Positions 29,332-40,662 are shown, numbered from the stretch's first letter. The stretch: 51,369 bases of DNA from an uncultured Thermodesulfovibrio sp. (GCA_964648755.1 CAZYLC010000003.1:7502-58870), one strand, 5' to 3'. Program-made: numbers and translations. Notes: generated by a model not told the origin, from the letters alone.

Positions 29332-30687
29332 ATGGAATTATTTAAAAAAATCCTTGTTGCAAACAGAGGGGAAATAGCTGTTAGAATAATCCGTGCCTGC
29401 AGAGAACTTGGAATTAAGGTTGTTGCTGTATATTCCGAAGCTGACAAAGAATCCCTCCATGTAAAACTTGCTGATGAGGCAATCTGTATAGGTCCTTCTA
29501 CTCCCGCACATAGTTATCTGAACATTACTGCCATACTTTCTGCAGCTGATATAACAGATGCAGAAGCAATTCATCCTGGATATGGTTTTTTATCAGAAAA
29601 TGCCCAGTTTGCCGAGGCCTGCATAAACTCAGGCATTACCTTCATTGGACCAACACCTGAGAACATTCGAATTGGTGGTGATAAAGCAAAAGCAAGACAG
29701 ATATTAAAAAGAAAAGGAATACCTGTGGTACCAGGAAGTGAAGGACTTGTTAGTTCTGAAGAAGCCTGTATGAAAATTATAAAAAAGATCGGACTTCCTG
29801 TTATTTTCAAAGCCTCTGCTGGAGGTGGCGGAAGAGGAATGAGAATAGTTAAAGATGAAAAAGACATAGAACAGACCTTTTTCATGGCTCAGAGAGAGGC
29901 ATTGGCAGCTTTTGGAAATGGAGAATTATATATTGAAAAATACTTTCCTAAAGTGAGGCACATTGAAATCCAAATAATAGCTGACAAGCAAGGAAATATT
30001 GTTCATCTTGGAGAGAGAGATTGCACAATCCAGAGAAGACATCAAAAACTAATTGAAGAAGCACCATCACCAGTATTAACAGAAAAATTAAGAAAAAAAA
30101 TAGGTGAATATGCAGTTAAAGCTGCGAAAGCTTTAAAATACAAAAACGCAGGAACATTTGAATTTATAGTAGATGATGAACTTAATCCCTATTTCATAGA
30201 GATAAACACAAGAGTTCAGGTAGAGCATCCTGTAACTGAAGAGATAACAGATATTGATGTAATAAAGGAACAAATTAAAATTGCTAAAGGTTATCCTCTT
30301 TCTTTTAGACAATCGCAAGTTAGATTTAAAGGACATGCCATTGAATGCAGAATAAATGCGGAGGACCCTGAAAAATTTACGCCTTCACCAGGAATAATAG
30401 AATTCCTCCATTTTCCAGGAGGGCCTGGTATTAGAGTAGATAGCTTCCTTTATCAAGGATGTAAAGTTTCACCCTATTATGATTCTCTTATTGCCAAAAT
30501 TATTGCCAAGGGTTCAAACAGACAGGAAGCTTTAGATCGAATGAGAAGAGCTCTTGAGGAAGTAAATATAAAAGGCATCAAGACAAACATTCCTTTCTTC
30601 TTGAAAGTATTGCAAAATACTGAGTTCATAAAAGGAAAATTCTATACAGATTTCGTTCAAACAATTATTAATAATGATAAAAATTAA
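29332..30687 (+). CDS. accC: Biotin carboxylase
   Basis: ANRGEIA, HPGYGFLSEN, GGGGRG, RVQVEHPVTE. Confidence 0.96.
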   Translation: MELFKKILVANRGEIAVRIIRACRELGIKVVAVYSEADKESLHVKLADEAICIGPSTPAHSYLNITAILSAADITDAEAIHPGYGFLSENAQFAEACINSGITFIGPTPENIRIGGDKAKARQILKRKGIPVVPGSEGLVSSEEACMKIIKKIGLPVIFKASAGGGGRGMRIVKDEKDIEQTFFMAQREALAAFGNGELYIEKYFPKVRHIEIQIIADKQGNIVHLGERDCTIQRRHQKLIEEAPSPVLTEKLRKKIGEYAVKAAKALKYKNAGTFEFIVDDELNPYFIEINTRVQVEHPVTEEITDIDVIKEQIKIAKGYPLSFRQSQVRFKGHAIECRINAEDPEKFTPSPGIIEFLHFPGGPGIRVDSFLYQGCKVSPYYDSLIAKIIAKGSNRQEALDRMRRALEEVNIKGIKTNIPFFLKVLQNTEFIKGKFYTDFVQTIINNDKN

Positions 30688-31291
30688 TTTACCTCCCATT
30701 TGCCTTATCCTTTCTTCAAAAGAAATACCCGATAAAGCAGAAATAGCATTAAAAGCAGGAATAAAATGGGTTCAACTAAGAGAAAAAGAGTCATCAAGAA
30801 AAACTATTCTATATTCAGCTCTAAAATTAAAGGAGTTAACTACTAAGTATAATGCTCTCCTAACTATAAATGACTACTTAGATATTGCAATAGCCTCACA
30901 GACAGAGGGAGTTCATCTTGGACAGGATGATCTTCCAATAGCCTTAGCAAAAAAATTTTTTTCAGGAATAATAGGAATTTCAACCCATAATATAGAAGAA
31001 GCCTTAGAGGCGGAAAAAAGTTCAGCTCACTACATAGGGTTTGGACCTATTTTTAAAACCTACACCAAAAAAGACGCCCTTGAACCAAGAGGAGTTTCTA
31101 TGTTATCTTTGATACAAAAAAAAATTAAAATTCCCATAGTTGCAATTGGAGGAATCACATCAGATAATCTTGAAAAAATATTAGAAAGTGGTTGTAAGAA
31201 TATAGCTGTTTCCTATGGTATACTATCAGGGGATATTAGGGAAAATATAAAAAAATTTATGTCTATTTTTGATAAATTAGAAAAAAAATGA
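30674..31291 (+). CDS. thiE: Thiamine-phosphate synthase
   Basis: VQLREK, IND, GVHLGQDD, STH, VAIGGI. Confidence 0.93.
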   Translation: MIKINLPPICLILSSKEIPDKAEIALKAGIKWVQLREKESSRKTILYSALKLKELTTKYNALLTINDYLDIAIASQTEGVHLGQDDLPIALAKKFFSGIIGISTHNIEEALEAEKSSAHYIGFGPIFKTYTKKDALEPRGVSMLSLIQKKIKIPIVAIGGITSDNLEKILESGCKNIAVSYGILSGDIRENIKKFMSIFDKLEKK

Positions 31292-31848
31292 AGAAATCAT
31301 TGAGTGACATTTTGGAAGACTTGTTTAATGGTAAAAAAACTGGTATTCTTAATATAGCTATGGTTTCTGAAAAAAGTTTGTTTAAATTTTATTTCAAAAA
31401 TGGCGAGATATATCACATTTCTTTTGGACTAAAAAAAGGAATTGAAAGTCTCGAGGAGCTTTTACAAAAAGAATTATATGCAACTAACTTCATATCTGAT
31501 ATAACTATTGATATTAAAAGCAAGGACATTCCCCATACAGAAGAAATCATAAAAAAAATTAAAAATTCTAACTTATACATCTCTCTTACAAACAAAAATT
31601 CATCCAATAATCTTCATTTTAAAAAAATTAAAGAAAAATTAACATTAGCTTTAATAAAACAGATTGGACCTATAGGAAATAGAGTTATAGAGGAAATAAT
31701 TCAAAAAAAATGGAATGCTCAAGTATATCTTTCTAAAGACGATTTATTTAATTTAGTAGAATTGCTAAAAGATGAAATTGAGGATCAAGAGGGTAAAAAG
31801 GAATTTCAAAGGGAAGCAAAAATTTTTATTGAGGAGGCTTTCAAATGA
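31288..31848 (+). CDS. Hypothetical protein, DUF4388/PATAN-like N-terminal domain
   Basis: KKTGIL...FYFKNGEIYH pattern; C-terminal IGPIG helical domain as seen in PatA-type proteins (recognised by pattern only). Confidence 0.55.
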   Translation: MKKSLSDILEDLFNGKKTGILNIAMVSEKSLFKFYFKNGEIYHISFGLKKGIESLEELLQKELYATNFISDITIDIKSKDIPHTEEIIKKIKNSNLYISLTNKNSSNNLHFKKIKEKLTLALIKQIGPIGNRVIEEIIQKKWNAQVYLSKDDLFNLVELLKDEIEDQEGKKEFQREAKIFIEEAFK

Positions 31849-32672
31849 GAATAGAATTAGGATTAAGAGCGGGAATTGCTTTACCTCTTCTTGCTACTCT
31901 AATAATTGGAATGAGTATATTAGTCGGTTTTAATTATATATCTCAACTAAATGTCATAAAAGAACAAGAAGTTAGAGAAATTGAGTCCGCGATAAATACT
32001 ACAAATGTTTTCTTAGAAACTACCTCCTTATATCAACTTATAGTCAATATAAATAACAATATCAATATTTCTGAAAGCCTTTCAAATTTAGATAAAATTT
32101 TAAATAAACTTAAAAAGGCGATTAATGGAGAAACAGGATTTATAACTAAAAAAGATCTATTTTCTGAAGAGCTTGATCAAAAAACATCAAAAAATACCAT
32201 TGGACAATGGTTTTCAGTTTATTTTACAGGAAAAGAACCAAAACAATTTATTTCTGAAGAATCAATTAATAAAATCACACAAGTTAAAGATAAATACTAT
32301 TTAGATAAAATATCCACAGATGAGCAGGATTATTTTGTTATTTATGTGCCAATCCAAGATCAAACGGGTAAAATATTAGGATATATATATATTACTAAGG
32401 CAAGAATACTCTCAAGTTTTACAATATTCAAAATTCTAGGTGTTAACATTCTATCCTATACTATAATATTAATTTTGATTTCCCTCTTAATAGGTTATGG
32501 CATGCATAAATATGTAATTAATCCTATAATTGCCCTAACTAATGCAGCAGATAATATTTCTATGGGTAAAACTTCAGAAAAAGTTCAAATTCAAAACGCT
32601 AAAGGAGAAATTGCAGTACTTGCAAAATCAATAGAAAGAATGCGTATAACAATGAAAAAACTTCTTGAATAG
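31845..32672 (+). CDS. Membrane sensor-like protein: TM, extracytoplasmic Cache-like domain, TM, HAMP, no output domain
   Basis: Two TM segments, YVPIQDQTGKILGYI Cache-like end, terminal HAMP (PIIALTNAADNISMG...GEIAVLAKSIERM). Confidence 0.75.
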   Translation: MRIELGLRAGIALPLLATLIIGMSILVGFNYISQLNVIKEQEVREIESAINTTNVFLETTSLYQLIVNINNNINISESLSNLDKILNKLKKAINGETGFITKKDLFSEELDQKTSKNTIGQWFSVYFTGKEPKQFISEESINKITQVKDKYYLDKISTDEQDYFVIYVPIQDQTGKILGYIYITKARILSSFTIFKILGVNILSYTIILILISLLIGYGMHKYVINPIIALTNAADNISMGKTSEKVQIQNAKGEIAVLAKSIERMRITMKKLLE

Positions 32673-32681
32673 GAGTAAAAA

Positions 32682-34049
32682 ATGTCAAAAGGTAAAATTT
32701 TAGTAATTGATGACAGCCCCCTTGTAAGAAAACTTGCGGAAGTTTCTTTACAAGAAGCTGGTTATGAGGTTTTTACTGCTGACAATGGAGAAGACGGGCT
32801 AAAAATTGCTGAAAGAGAAATGCCCGATCTAATATTAGTTGACTTTATAATGCCCAAAATGACAGGGTCACAATTTTGTCTTTTGCTAAAAGAAAACAAA
32901 AAAATGAAAGAAATTCCAATTCTCTTAGTAACGGGAAAAGGAGAGGCTGTTGGGCAAGCCTTTATAGAAAAATACGGAGTTCAAGACTATTTTATAAAAC
33001 CTTTCAAATCTGAAGATTTAGTTGAAAAAGTTGAAGTTATGTTAGGGAAATTTCTACCTGAAGAGAAGAAAGAAGAAATTCAAATTCCTATTGCAGAAAA
33101 AATTGATTTTGAACAACCTACCGAAGAGAAAATAACAGAAATATTCGAACCTGAATTAAAGTTAATTCCTGAAGAAGAGTCATTTCTCCCTGAAAAGCCT
33201 TTAGAAAAAATTGATATCTTTCCTAAAGAAGAAATCACCCCAGAAATTCCAGAGAGAGAAACCATCGAATTTCCATTTTTAGAGGAAAATGAAGAAGCTC
33301 CAGTAGAAAATTATGAAGAAACTTTCGAAAAAGAAATAGGCCCTCTAGAGATTCAGGATGAGGTACAATCATTAATACCAGAGGAAACAGAATCATATGA
33401 AAAACCTTTAATAGAAGAAAAAACAGAGGAGATAACTTATATTCCTGAAGAAGTAATTGATTTTGAAGAGAAGATGGAGGAAGTAAAAATATCAGAAGAA
33501 GCCGAAGAAATTCCAGCGATAATAGAAAAAACTCCATCTCAAGAAATACATCTCTTTAAAGAAGAAGTGCCTGAATCTAAAATAGAAATAATAGGGAAAA
33601 TAATCGAAGATAAACTTAATGAGTTTTACGATAAAATAAGCGAGTTAATTAAATACTCAATAGAAATTAATTTTAAAAAATTTGGAAATATCAAAGAAGA
33701 TAAGATAATTTTAGGTGGCAAAACATCTACATACAATGTTGAAGAATTAATGGATTTTATAAGTAGGTCGAAATTAACCGGATTCTTAACATTTTTGGGA
33801 TATGATGCTATATTTGAATTCCTTTTAATTGAAGGTAAAATTGTTTATGGAATTGCAAGTTCTTTAAAATCAAAATTTGGCAATAAATTTTTAAAGGATT
33901 TCACAGCAGAAGAAATAAAGGAATTAACATCGCAGAGTCTTGCTATTCTCTTGAAAACTAAAATTGATAGTTTCGTTCTTGAAGAAAGGGAGAAATCTGA
34001 CACCTATTTGGATACTCTACCTCGTTACGATATCAAAGATGTTTTTTAA
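32682..34049 (+). CDS. Response regulator with long Glu/Pro-rich linker and DUF4388-like C-terminal domain
   Basis: N-terminal REC (VIDD, LVD, KPF); acidic low-complexity middle; C-terminal SKLTGFL...EGKIVYG. Confidence 0.78.
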   Translation: MSKGKILVIDDSPLVRKLAEVSLQEAGYEVFTADNGEDGLKIAEREMPDLILVDFIMPKMTGSQFCLLLKENKKMKEIPILLVTGKGEAVGQAFIEKYGVQDYFIKPFKSEDLVEKVEVMLGKFLPEEKKEEIQIPIAEKIDFEQPTEEKITEIFEPELKLIPEEESFLPEKPLEKIDIFPKEEITPEIPERETIEFPFLEENEEAPVENYEETFEKEIGPLEIQDEVQSLIPEETESYEKPLIEEKTEEITYIPEEVIDFEEKMEEVKISEEAEEIPAIIEKTPSQEIHLFKEEVPESKIEIIGKIIEDKLNEFYDKISELIKYSIEINFKKFGNIKEDKIILGGKTSTYNVEELMDFISRSKLTGFLTFLGYDAIFEFLLIEGKIVYGIASSLKSKFGNKFLKDFTAEEIKELTSQSLAILLKTKIDSFVLEEREKSDTYLDTLPRYDIKDVF

Positions 34050-34073
34050 AACAAAAAAGCTTTTTATTTAATG

Positions 34074-34103
34074 TTGACTAAACAAAAGTCTAAAAACTAT
34101 AAT
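34074..34103 (+). promoter_or_regulatory. Sigma70-type promoter for the PilH-CheW-CheA-like genes
   Basis: TTGACT-18 nt-TATAAT in the intergenic region. Confidence 0.6.
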
Positions 34104-34171
34104 AATTAAATTAAAAAAAGTAATTGCATTTTTTATATGATTTTGTTATTTTTGAAATGGAGAGTTATTAA

Positions 34172-34537
34172 ATGGCAAAAATACTAATTGCGGAGGACTC
34201 TATTACAGATTCTAAATATATTGAGTCCATCTTAGAAGATAAAGGATATGAACTTTTTTTTGCTAAAGATGGTGAGGAAGCTGAAAATTTAATTAATGCT
34301 AATAATTTTGATTTAATTTTGCTCGATGTAGTTATGCCTAAAAAAAATGGCTTTCAACTTTGTAGAGAGATTAAAAAAAATGAAAGAACAAAGCATATAC
34401 CAGTTGTTCTAATTACATCAAAAAAAGAGGATGCTGATAAATTTTGGGGAAAGATGCAAGGTGCCGATGAATACATAACTAAACCCTTTGAACCTATTGA
34501 TTTATTAGCGGTGGTTAAAAAATGTCTGAAGAAATAA
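34172..34537 (+). CDS. Single-domain response regulator, PilH-like
   Basis: LLDVVMPKKNGFQLCR, DKFWGKMQGADEYITKP, typical of PilH/PixH. Confidence 0.85.
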   Translation: MAKILIAEDSITDSKYIESILEDKGYELFFAKDGEEAENLINANNFDLILLDVVMPKKNGFQLCREIKKNERTKHIPVVLITSKKEDADKFWGKMQGADEYITKPFEPIDLLAVVKKCLKK

Positions 34538-34932
34538 GAGAAGAAAAACATTTTTGCGTATTTGGTATAGGAGAAAGAGAGTTTCTTATACCCAAAGAGT
34601 GTGTTTTGCAAATACTCGATATAACAAAAATATTCCCCATTCCAGGGTCACCTGATTACATTGTTGGTGCTTTACCAGTTAGAGGAAAAATTGTCCCTGC
34701 TATTGATCTTGCGAAGGTATATAATATTGAAAGAATAAATTATTCGGAAAACAAACTCTTAGTATTAGATGTGGAGGGAGAAAAAATAGGGATACTTTCG
34801 GATATTACTCCGTTCTTTGTAAGTTTTGATAAAGAGATTGTTGTGGACGACTATCTTGATCCCAGAAAACTCTATGAAGAATTAAAAATTAAACAACCTT
34901 CTTCAAATAAAAAGAATGAAAACCTATCATAA
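34522..34932 (+). CDS. cheW: CheW-like coupling protein (PilI-like)
   Basis: IPGSPDYIVGALPVRGKIVPAIDL. Confidence 0.88.
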   Translation: MSEEIREEKHFCVFGIGEREFLIPKECVLQILDITKIFPIPGSPDYIVGALPVRGKIVPAIDLAKVYNIERINYSENKLLVLDVEGEKIGILSDITPFFVSFDKEIVVDDYLDPRKLYEELKIKQPSSNKKNENLS

Positions 34933-34934
34933 GG

Positions 34935-37178
34935 ATGATAGATCAGACTGAACTGATAAAATATTTCCTCTTAGAATCAGAAGATTATATCAATACATTA
35001 ATCGAAGGGTTAGAAGATTTAGAAAATAAAGGTTTCAGTCAAGAAACATTGGAAGCTCTATACAGGGCAACTCATACCCTGAAAGGTTCTGCCTCCATCG
35101 TAAAATTTAATAAAATAGCTACATTAGCTCATAAGTTAGAGGATCTTTTTGAAGCTATAATTAACAAGGAAATCCAACAAGATATCTCCCTTCTTAATAT
35201 TATCAGAAGAGTTGTTAACTCAATAATCAGTTTAATAAATGAGATCTCTCAGCATAATGAAGAAAAAGCTGAGTTAGATAGCAATATTATAAATTTAATT
35301 GATGAAATAATTAGTAAGAAAGTTATTTTCCAAATGGAGGAAGAAGCTCAAGAACCCTATGCAGCTCTTCCTATAATTAATTCTGTAAGAGTTGATCTAA
35401 GTGTAATTGATAACATTCTTGATATATTGGGGGAAATTATAGTCCAAAGAAATATAATCTACGATAGAGAAAAAGAACTTAAGTTTTTAGTCGAAGAGAT
35501 TTTAAAAAGCGGTAAAAAACTATTTAGTGAGATAATATCTTTCTCAGATAGATACTGGCTTGCTCCTCTAAGTGATAAATCTAAAGTTCTTGATACTTTT
35601 TTTACTGACTTTAGTGATTTAGAATTTGACAAATATGATGAATACCATATATTCACAAGAAAAATAGCTGAAATAACTAATGACATTAATGAAGGGTTAA
35701 ATGAACTAATTTCATTCTCTGAAAATATATCTTCAAATTTTAAAAACTTAGGTAAAGAAATCATAAACTTAAAAGATAATTTATTGTCTATAAGAATGTT
35801 ACCCATAGGGAGATTATTGAATAATATCTCAGAAGCTATAAAGTATATAGCTAATAACTTAGGTAAACATATAAATATTGAAATCAAAGGTGGAGATATA
35901 AAAATAGATAAACCCGTCTTCGATTTACTATATGAACCTTTAATACACATATTAAGAAATGCCATTGACCACGGTATAGAAACTCCTGAACAAAGAATAG
36001 CTTCTAGCAAATCAGAAGAGGGTAATATCAAACTCCATGTAAAAAAAGAAGGGAAATATGTAGTAATAGCAATTACAGATGACGGACAAGGAATAGACAT
36101 TGAAAAAGTTAAAGAGAGAGCAATAAACAAGGGACTACTAAATCAAGAACAAATACATTACATGAGGGATGAAGAAATTTTATCCTATATATTCGTACCT
36201 GGATTCTCAACTTCCGAAGATGTAGATTTTCAGAGTGGAAGAGGTATGGGACTTAATATAGTTAAAACAGCTATTACAAAACTTAAAGGAACTATTGAAG
36301 TCTTCTCTGAGGCTCAAAAACAAACAACCTTTACAATAAAAATACCTCAATCTTTAAGTATCACAAATCTTTTAATTTTTAGGTCTTCAGACTTAGAATT
36401 TGCAGTCCCGATAAACTATATAGAAGAAATTTTAACTATTGATGATTTTCCAGATGTTAAAAATGAAAGGCTAATAAATCATAAAAATAGATTTATTCCT
36501 GTTAAGATTTTCTCTGAATTATATTTTTCATCCAATGGAAGACCCTCGGAAAAAGGTTATATAATAATTTTTAATTTCTCAGGTATTAGGAAAGCCCTCT
36601 TAGTAGATGAAATTTTAGGACAAGAGGAAGCTGCGATTTATTCTCTCGGAAAGTTTTTAGAGGGATTAAACCAATATTTAGGATATGTTTTATCAGCACA
36701 AGGTACACCAAGATTTGTTATCGACCCCATAAAAATATTCGAAGAAGAATTTATCTTCACTCTACCTATTCCTCTTACCTTAGAAAGCACCTCATATTTA
36801 GGACGAGTACTTGTAGTTGATGATTCAATAAGTGTAAGAAAATCTCTGCAGACTTTATTGGAAGCAAAAAATTTAAAAGTTTATACTGCCAAAGATGGTT
36901 TGGAAGCATTAAGTATTCTTGAAGATAAAAATTTGGATATACTCATTACAGATCTTGAAATGCCAGTTATGCACGGTTATGAATTAATAAGTAGGCTAAG
37001 AAAAGATGTTAGGTTTAAAGATTTGCCAATTATTGTTCTAACTTCAAGGGGGACTAAAAAGCATCAGGAAAAAGCTATAAATTTAGGTGCAGACGGATTT
37101 TTGGTAAAACCCTTTGACGAAAAAACAATAACAAAATTATTAAACAATTTCAATATTATCAAAAATCAACTATTCTAA
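34935..37178 (+). CDS. cheA: Hybrid chemosensory kinase CheA/ChpA (HPt-HATPase-CheW-REC)
   Basis: [37 protein letters not shown]-terminal REC. Confidence 0.92.
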   Translation: MIDQTELIKYFLLESEDYINTLIEGLEDLENKGFSQETLEALYRATHTLKGSASIVKFNKIATLAHKLEDLFEAIINKEIQQDISLLNIIRRVVNSIISLINEISQHNEEKAELDSNIINLIDEIISKKVIFQMEEEAQEPYAALPIINSVRVDLSVIDNILDILGEIIVQRNIIYDREKELKFLVEEILKSGKKLFSEIISFSDRYWLAPLSDKSKVLDTFFTDFSDLEFDKYDEYHIFTRKIAEITNDINEGLNELISFSENISSNFKNLGKEIINLKDNLLSIRMLPIGRLLNNISEAIKYIANNLGKHINIEIKGGDIKIDKPVFDLLYEPLIHILRNAIDHGIETPEQRIASSKSEEGNIKLHVKKEGKYVVIAITDDGQGIDIEKVKERAINKGLLNQEQIHYMRDEEILSYIFVPGFSTSEDVDFQSGRGMGLNIVKTAITKLKGTIEVFSEAQKQTTFTIKIPQSLSITNLLIFRSSDLEFAVPINYIEEILTIDDFPDVKNERLINHKNRFIPVKIFSELYFSSNGRPSEKGYIIIFNFSGIRKALLVDEILGQEEAAIYSLGKFLEGLNQYLGYVLSAQGTPRFVIDPIKIFEEEFIFTLPIPLTLESTSYLGRVLVVDDSISVRKSLQTLLEAKNLKVYTAKDGLEALSILEDKNLDILITDLEMPVMHGYELISRLRKDVRFKDLPIIVLTSRGTKKHQEKAINLGADGFLVKPFDEKTITKLLNNFNIIKNQLF

Positions 37179-38602
37179 ACCTTAAATCTTCCTGTTATTT
37201 CAACAAGTTCATTAGAAGTTTTTGAAAGAGATTGAGAGACATTAGTAAGTTCATCTGTTATTTTTGTTACGTTATCCGTGACTTCTTTTACCTCATTTAT
37301 AGAGCCAACTTCATCAAAGGTTATTTCCTTTTGTTTTTTAGCAAATTCATTGATCTCAACAATGATATCTCCTATTTTCTTGATTACTGCATCTATCTGT
37401 TCAAAAATAGAAGTTGTTTCACTAACCATTTTTGTTCCCACCTCAACATAATTAGTTTCCTCCTCAAGATGCTTAGTTACTAAGCTTGCTTCCTCTTGAA
37501 TAGAAGTTAGAATTTCAGCGATATTTTTTGATGATTTTGCTGTTTTATCAGATAGAGATCTTATCTCCTCAGCAATAACTATAAATCCTTTACCTTCCTC
37601 ACCTGCTCTTGCTGCTTCTAAAGATGCATTGAGTGCAAGTAAATTTGTTCTATTAGCTATCTCACTAATAATTGTTGATATGGTTCCGATCTCCATTAGT
37701 TTTTCAGAAAGTAATTTCATTCTTCTATTGATGACCTGAACAGCTGCTCTGATAAGTTGTATACTGCTCATAGTTTCAGTAATAATCTCATTACCCTTAT
37801 TTATCGCATTTAATGCTTCTTCCGAAACATCGGTAGCAACCATTGTTTTGTCTGAGGTGGATGTGGCAATTTCAGAAGACTCTGCAATCATAGATGCTAT
37901 CTTTTCAATTTCCTTTTTCTGTATCGTAGCACCTTCTTTCAATTTATTTATGATTTCATTAATAATAATTGTTTTTTCTCCTACCTCACCAGCAGAAGAT
38001 TGAACTTCTATTACAAGTTGACTTAAGCCATCTGTCATAAGATTAAAGGCATCTGCTAAAGAACCAAAAACATCAGGTGTAACCTCTGCTCTTTTTGTAA
38101 GATCACCTTCAGAGGCTGACGTCATAATCTGTAAGAATTTTATAATATTGTTTTGCATTTCCTTTTTTTCTTCCTCTGTTTGGATTAAATTTGACAGTTT
38201 ATCCATCATCTGATTAAAAGCCTCTGCGATCTTCTGAAATTCATCACCCGTCTTTAATTCTATTCTTCTATCAAAATTTCCATGTTTAATAGCATCTATA
38301 GCTTCTTCAATTGTTGAAATAGGCGATATAACCTGTTTTCTGAACCAAAAAACATTGGCAGTAGATAAACCAATTAGGGCTATTGCAAAAATTATAAGTG
38401 TAGGAGCAAATTTTATTATTGTGTTAACTATACCCATTCTTTTTGTGATAAATTCCTCACCATAAATGTTATATCCTGTAATTATTAAACCTGCTAATAA
38501 AATCAAGGTAGAGGCAAGTATGGTGGCATTAAAAATAATCAGAAACTTTCTATAAAGAGATATAGAAAGAATTTTTCTTTCAGCCTCTATCTTTTTAGGC
38601 AT
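37175..38602 (-). CDS. Methyl-accepting chemotaxis protein, PilJ-like, without a periplasmic sensor domain
   Basis: Two closely spaced TM segments, two HAMP domains, [23 protein letters not shown]. Confidence 0.92.
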   Translation of the reverse strand: MPKKIEAERKILSISLYRKFLIIFNATILASTLILLAGLIITGYNIYGEEFITKRMGIVNTIIKFAPTLIIFAIALIGLSTANVFWFRKQVISPISTIEEAIDAIKHGNFDRRIELKTGDEFQKIAEAFNQMMDKLSNLIQTEEEKKEMQNNIIKFLQIMTSASEGDLTKRAEVTPDVFGSLADAFNLMTDGLSQLVIEVQSSAGEVGEKTIIINEIINKLKEGATIQKKEIEKIASMIAESSEIATSTSDKTMVATDVSEEALNAINKGNEIITETMSSIQLIRAAVQVINRRMKLLSEKLMEIGTISTIISEIANRTNLLALNASLEAARAGEEGKGFIVIAEEIRSLSDKTAKSSKNIAEILTSIQEEASLVTKHLEEETNYVEVGTKMVSETTSIFEQIDAVIKKIGDIIVEINEFAKKQKEITFDEVGSINEVKEVTDNVTKITDELTNVSQSLSKTSNELVEITGRFKV

Positions 38603-38633
38603 ATTTTCCTCCCTTTTAAATTTGGTTTAATAA

Positions 38634-38661
38634 ATTATGAAAAAAAACACAAATTTGTCAA
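38634..38661 (-). promoter_or_regulatory. Sigma70-type promoter of the MCP gene
   Basis: Minus strand TTGACA-16 nt-CATAAT, then SD GGGAGG. Confidence 0.6.
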
Positions 38662-38668
38662 TATCTTT

Positions 38669-40438
38669 TTAAATTCCCTTGACTTTAAAGGTTTCCAAAT
38701 CTATATCAATATTTCTAAAATTAGGATTTGAGGCAGTTCCAGGCATCAAACTGATCTCCCCAGCTACAGGCACAATAAGTTTTGCACCATTAAAAATTAA
38801 TAAGTCTCGAACATAAAGTTGCCATCCTTTTGGAACACCCCTTAAATTGGGATTATCAGATAAACTTAGATGTGTCTTAGCAATGCAAATTGAAAAATCA
38901 GAAAATTTCCGCTTAGAGTTAATTTCATTAAGCTTCTCAAGCGCAACAGGTGAAAATTCAACAGAGTCTGCACCATAAACCGTTCTTGCAACTAATTCAA
39001 TTCTCGATATGTGAGGAAGTTCAAGGTCATATAGAAACTTAAATTTTGATTTAATCTTACTTGCTTCTATAACTTTATCAGCTAAATCTACAGCGCCTTC
39101 TCCACCTTTACTCCAATGTTCTGAAATAGCAACCAAAATGCCTCTCTCTTCACATAATTTTCTTACAAACTCTAATTCTTCAACACTGTCCTGTTTAAAT
39201 TTATTTATACAAACTAAGGGAATTATGCCAGATTTTTTCACTATTTCCACATGATGAAAAAGATTTTCCATCCCCTTTTCAAGCCATTTATAGTTTTTAA
39301 GATAGTACTCCTTCGGTAAAGAGTTACCAGTTATAATCTTAGGTGCCGATTCGTCAGCTCCATGATATTTTAAAGCTCTTAGGGTAGCTACAATTATTGC
39401 CATATCTGGTTTAAGCCCAGAATGTCGACATTTTATATTCCAAAACTTTTCAAATCCTATGTCTGCTCCAAAACCGCTTTCTGTAACATGATAATCAAAA
39501 AGTTTCAAGCCTATTCTATCTGCAATAATTGAAGACTGACCAATGGCAATATTAGCAAATGGTGCAGCATGAACAAAAACTGGTTGTCCTTCAATAGTCT
39601 GAATTAAATTAGGATTGACAGTAGGAATTACCAAAGCTGCCATTGCTCCTGCTACTTCTAAATCCTCTGTTGTAATTGGGGATCCTTTCTTAGAATAAGC
39701 AACTATGATTCTACCTATTCTATCTCTTAATTCCTTAACATCCTTTATTAAACTTAAAATAGCCATAACTTCAGAAGATGTAGCTATATCAAAACGAGAT
39801 TCCATTGTTATTCCATCCTTTTTACTACCTAATCCAATAACTATTTTTCTTAAAGCTTGAGCGCAAAAATCCATAACCCAACCAATTTGAACACTTTTGG
39901 GATCTATATCAAACCTTTTGAGACCTTTTTTTAATAAAATCTCATCAGAATAATTTGATTCATGAAGGATTCTTGATGTTAAAGCAACCATTGCAAGATT
40001 GTGGGCATTCATTATAGCATTTATATCCCCTGTAAATCCTAATGAGAATTCTGTTCTAGGAATGCATTGGGCGAGTCCGCCACCAGCAGCCGTACCTTTA
40101 ACATTCATTAATGGACCTGCTGAAGGTTGTCTGATTGCACAACTTACTCTTTTTCCTCTTTTTGCTAAACCTTGAACAACTCCAAGAGTTGTAGTGGATT
40201 TACCTTCTCCAAAGGGAGTTGGAGTAATTGCTGTAACTACAATGTATTTGCCTTGGGGATTCTCTTTTACTCTCTCGTAGATTTTCTTGTAATCAACCTT
40301 TGCGATATATTTTCCATAGGGGATTATCTCATCTTCCTTAATCCCAGATTCTTCGGCAAGCTGATATATTGATTTCATTGATTTTTCAGCTTCCTGTGCA
40401 ATTAGCCAGTCTGGATGTAAAGAGGGGTCAGGCAGCAT
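38669..40438 (-). CDS. fhs: Formate-tetrahydrofolate ligase
   Basis: TAITPTPFGEGKSTT, PFANIA, TESGFGADIG, CIAKTHLSLS, MPG; ATG 40438 follows SD AGGAG. Confidence 0.95.
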   Translation of the reverse strand: MLPDPSLHPDWLIAQEAEKSMKSIYQLAEESGIKEDEIIPYGKYIAKVDYKKIYERVKENPQGKYIVVTAITPTPFGEGKSTTTLGVVQGLAKRGKRVSCAIRQPSAGPLMNVKGTAAGGGLAQCIPRTEFSLGFTGDINAIMNAHNLAMVALTSRILHESNYSDEILLKKGLKRFDIDPKSVQIGWVMDFCAQALRKIVIGLGSKKDGITMESRFDIATSSEVMAILSLIKDVKELRDRIGRIIVAYSKKGSPITTEDLEVAGAMAALVIPTVNPNLIQTIEGQPVFVHAAPFANIAIGQSSIIADRIGLKLFDYHVTESGFGADIGFEKFWNIKCRHSGLKPDMAIIVATLRALKYHGADESAPKIITGNSLPKEYYLKNYKWLEKGMENLFHHVEIVKKSGIIPLVCINKFKQDSVEELEFVRKLCEERGILVAISEHWSKGGEGAVDLADKVIEASKIKSKFKFLYDLELPHISRIELVARTVYGADSVEFSPVALEKLNEINSKRKFSDFSICIAKTHLSLSDNPNLRGVPKGWQLYVRDLLIFNGAKLIVPVAGEISLMPGTASNPNFRNIDIDLETFKVKGI

Positions 40439-40462
40439 GAACAAACTCCTTTTTAAAATTTT

Positions 40463-40645
40463 CTATTCCGTCGGATTATCAAAATCTGCTAAGTAATCTT
40501 TTAGTTTTTCCATTAGGGAATCGGGTAAGACTTCATCGTATAGTAGAGCATTCATCTCTTCAATTGTTAGTTTTTCTTTAATTTCTCTTGGTAACATCCT
40601 AACGATTGCTACTCTCATTGGATCTGGTTTTTTTTCTTCACTCAT
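40463..40645 (-). CDS. Small hypothetical protein (60 aa)
   Basis: MSEEKKPDPMRVAIVRMLP...; SD AAGGAG before ATG 40645; fills the gap in the operon. Confidence 0.7.
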   Translation of the reverse strand: MSEEKKPDPMRVAIVRMLPREIKEKLTIEEMNALLYDEVLPDSLMEKLKDYLADFDNPTE

Positions 40646-40662
40646 GATAGTCTCCTTTTTAC

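Noticed and set aside
33060..33580. GAAGAA-rich stretch as a DNA repeat or CRISPR-like array
   Set aside because: No fixed-length repeat-spacer units; explained by Glu-rich coding sequence.
34050..34171. Riboswitch (e.g. c-di-GMP) upstream of motility genes
   Set aside because: This and the other intergenic gaps are short and very AT-rich with no recognisable aptamer; an Rfam/Infernal scan would be needed to exclude it formally.
35459..36130. Long antisense ORFs (this one, 47774..48298, 26563..27000, 8824..9192 and others)
   Set aside because: They lie opposite well-conserved genes and have the Ser/Phe/Ile-rich composition of reverse-frame shadows.
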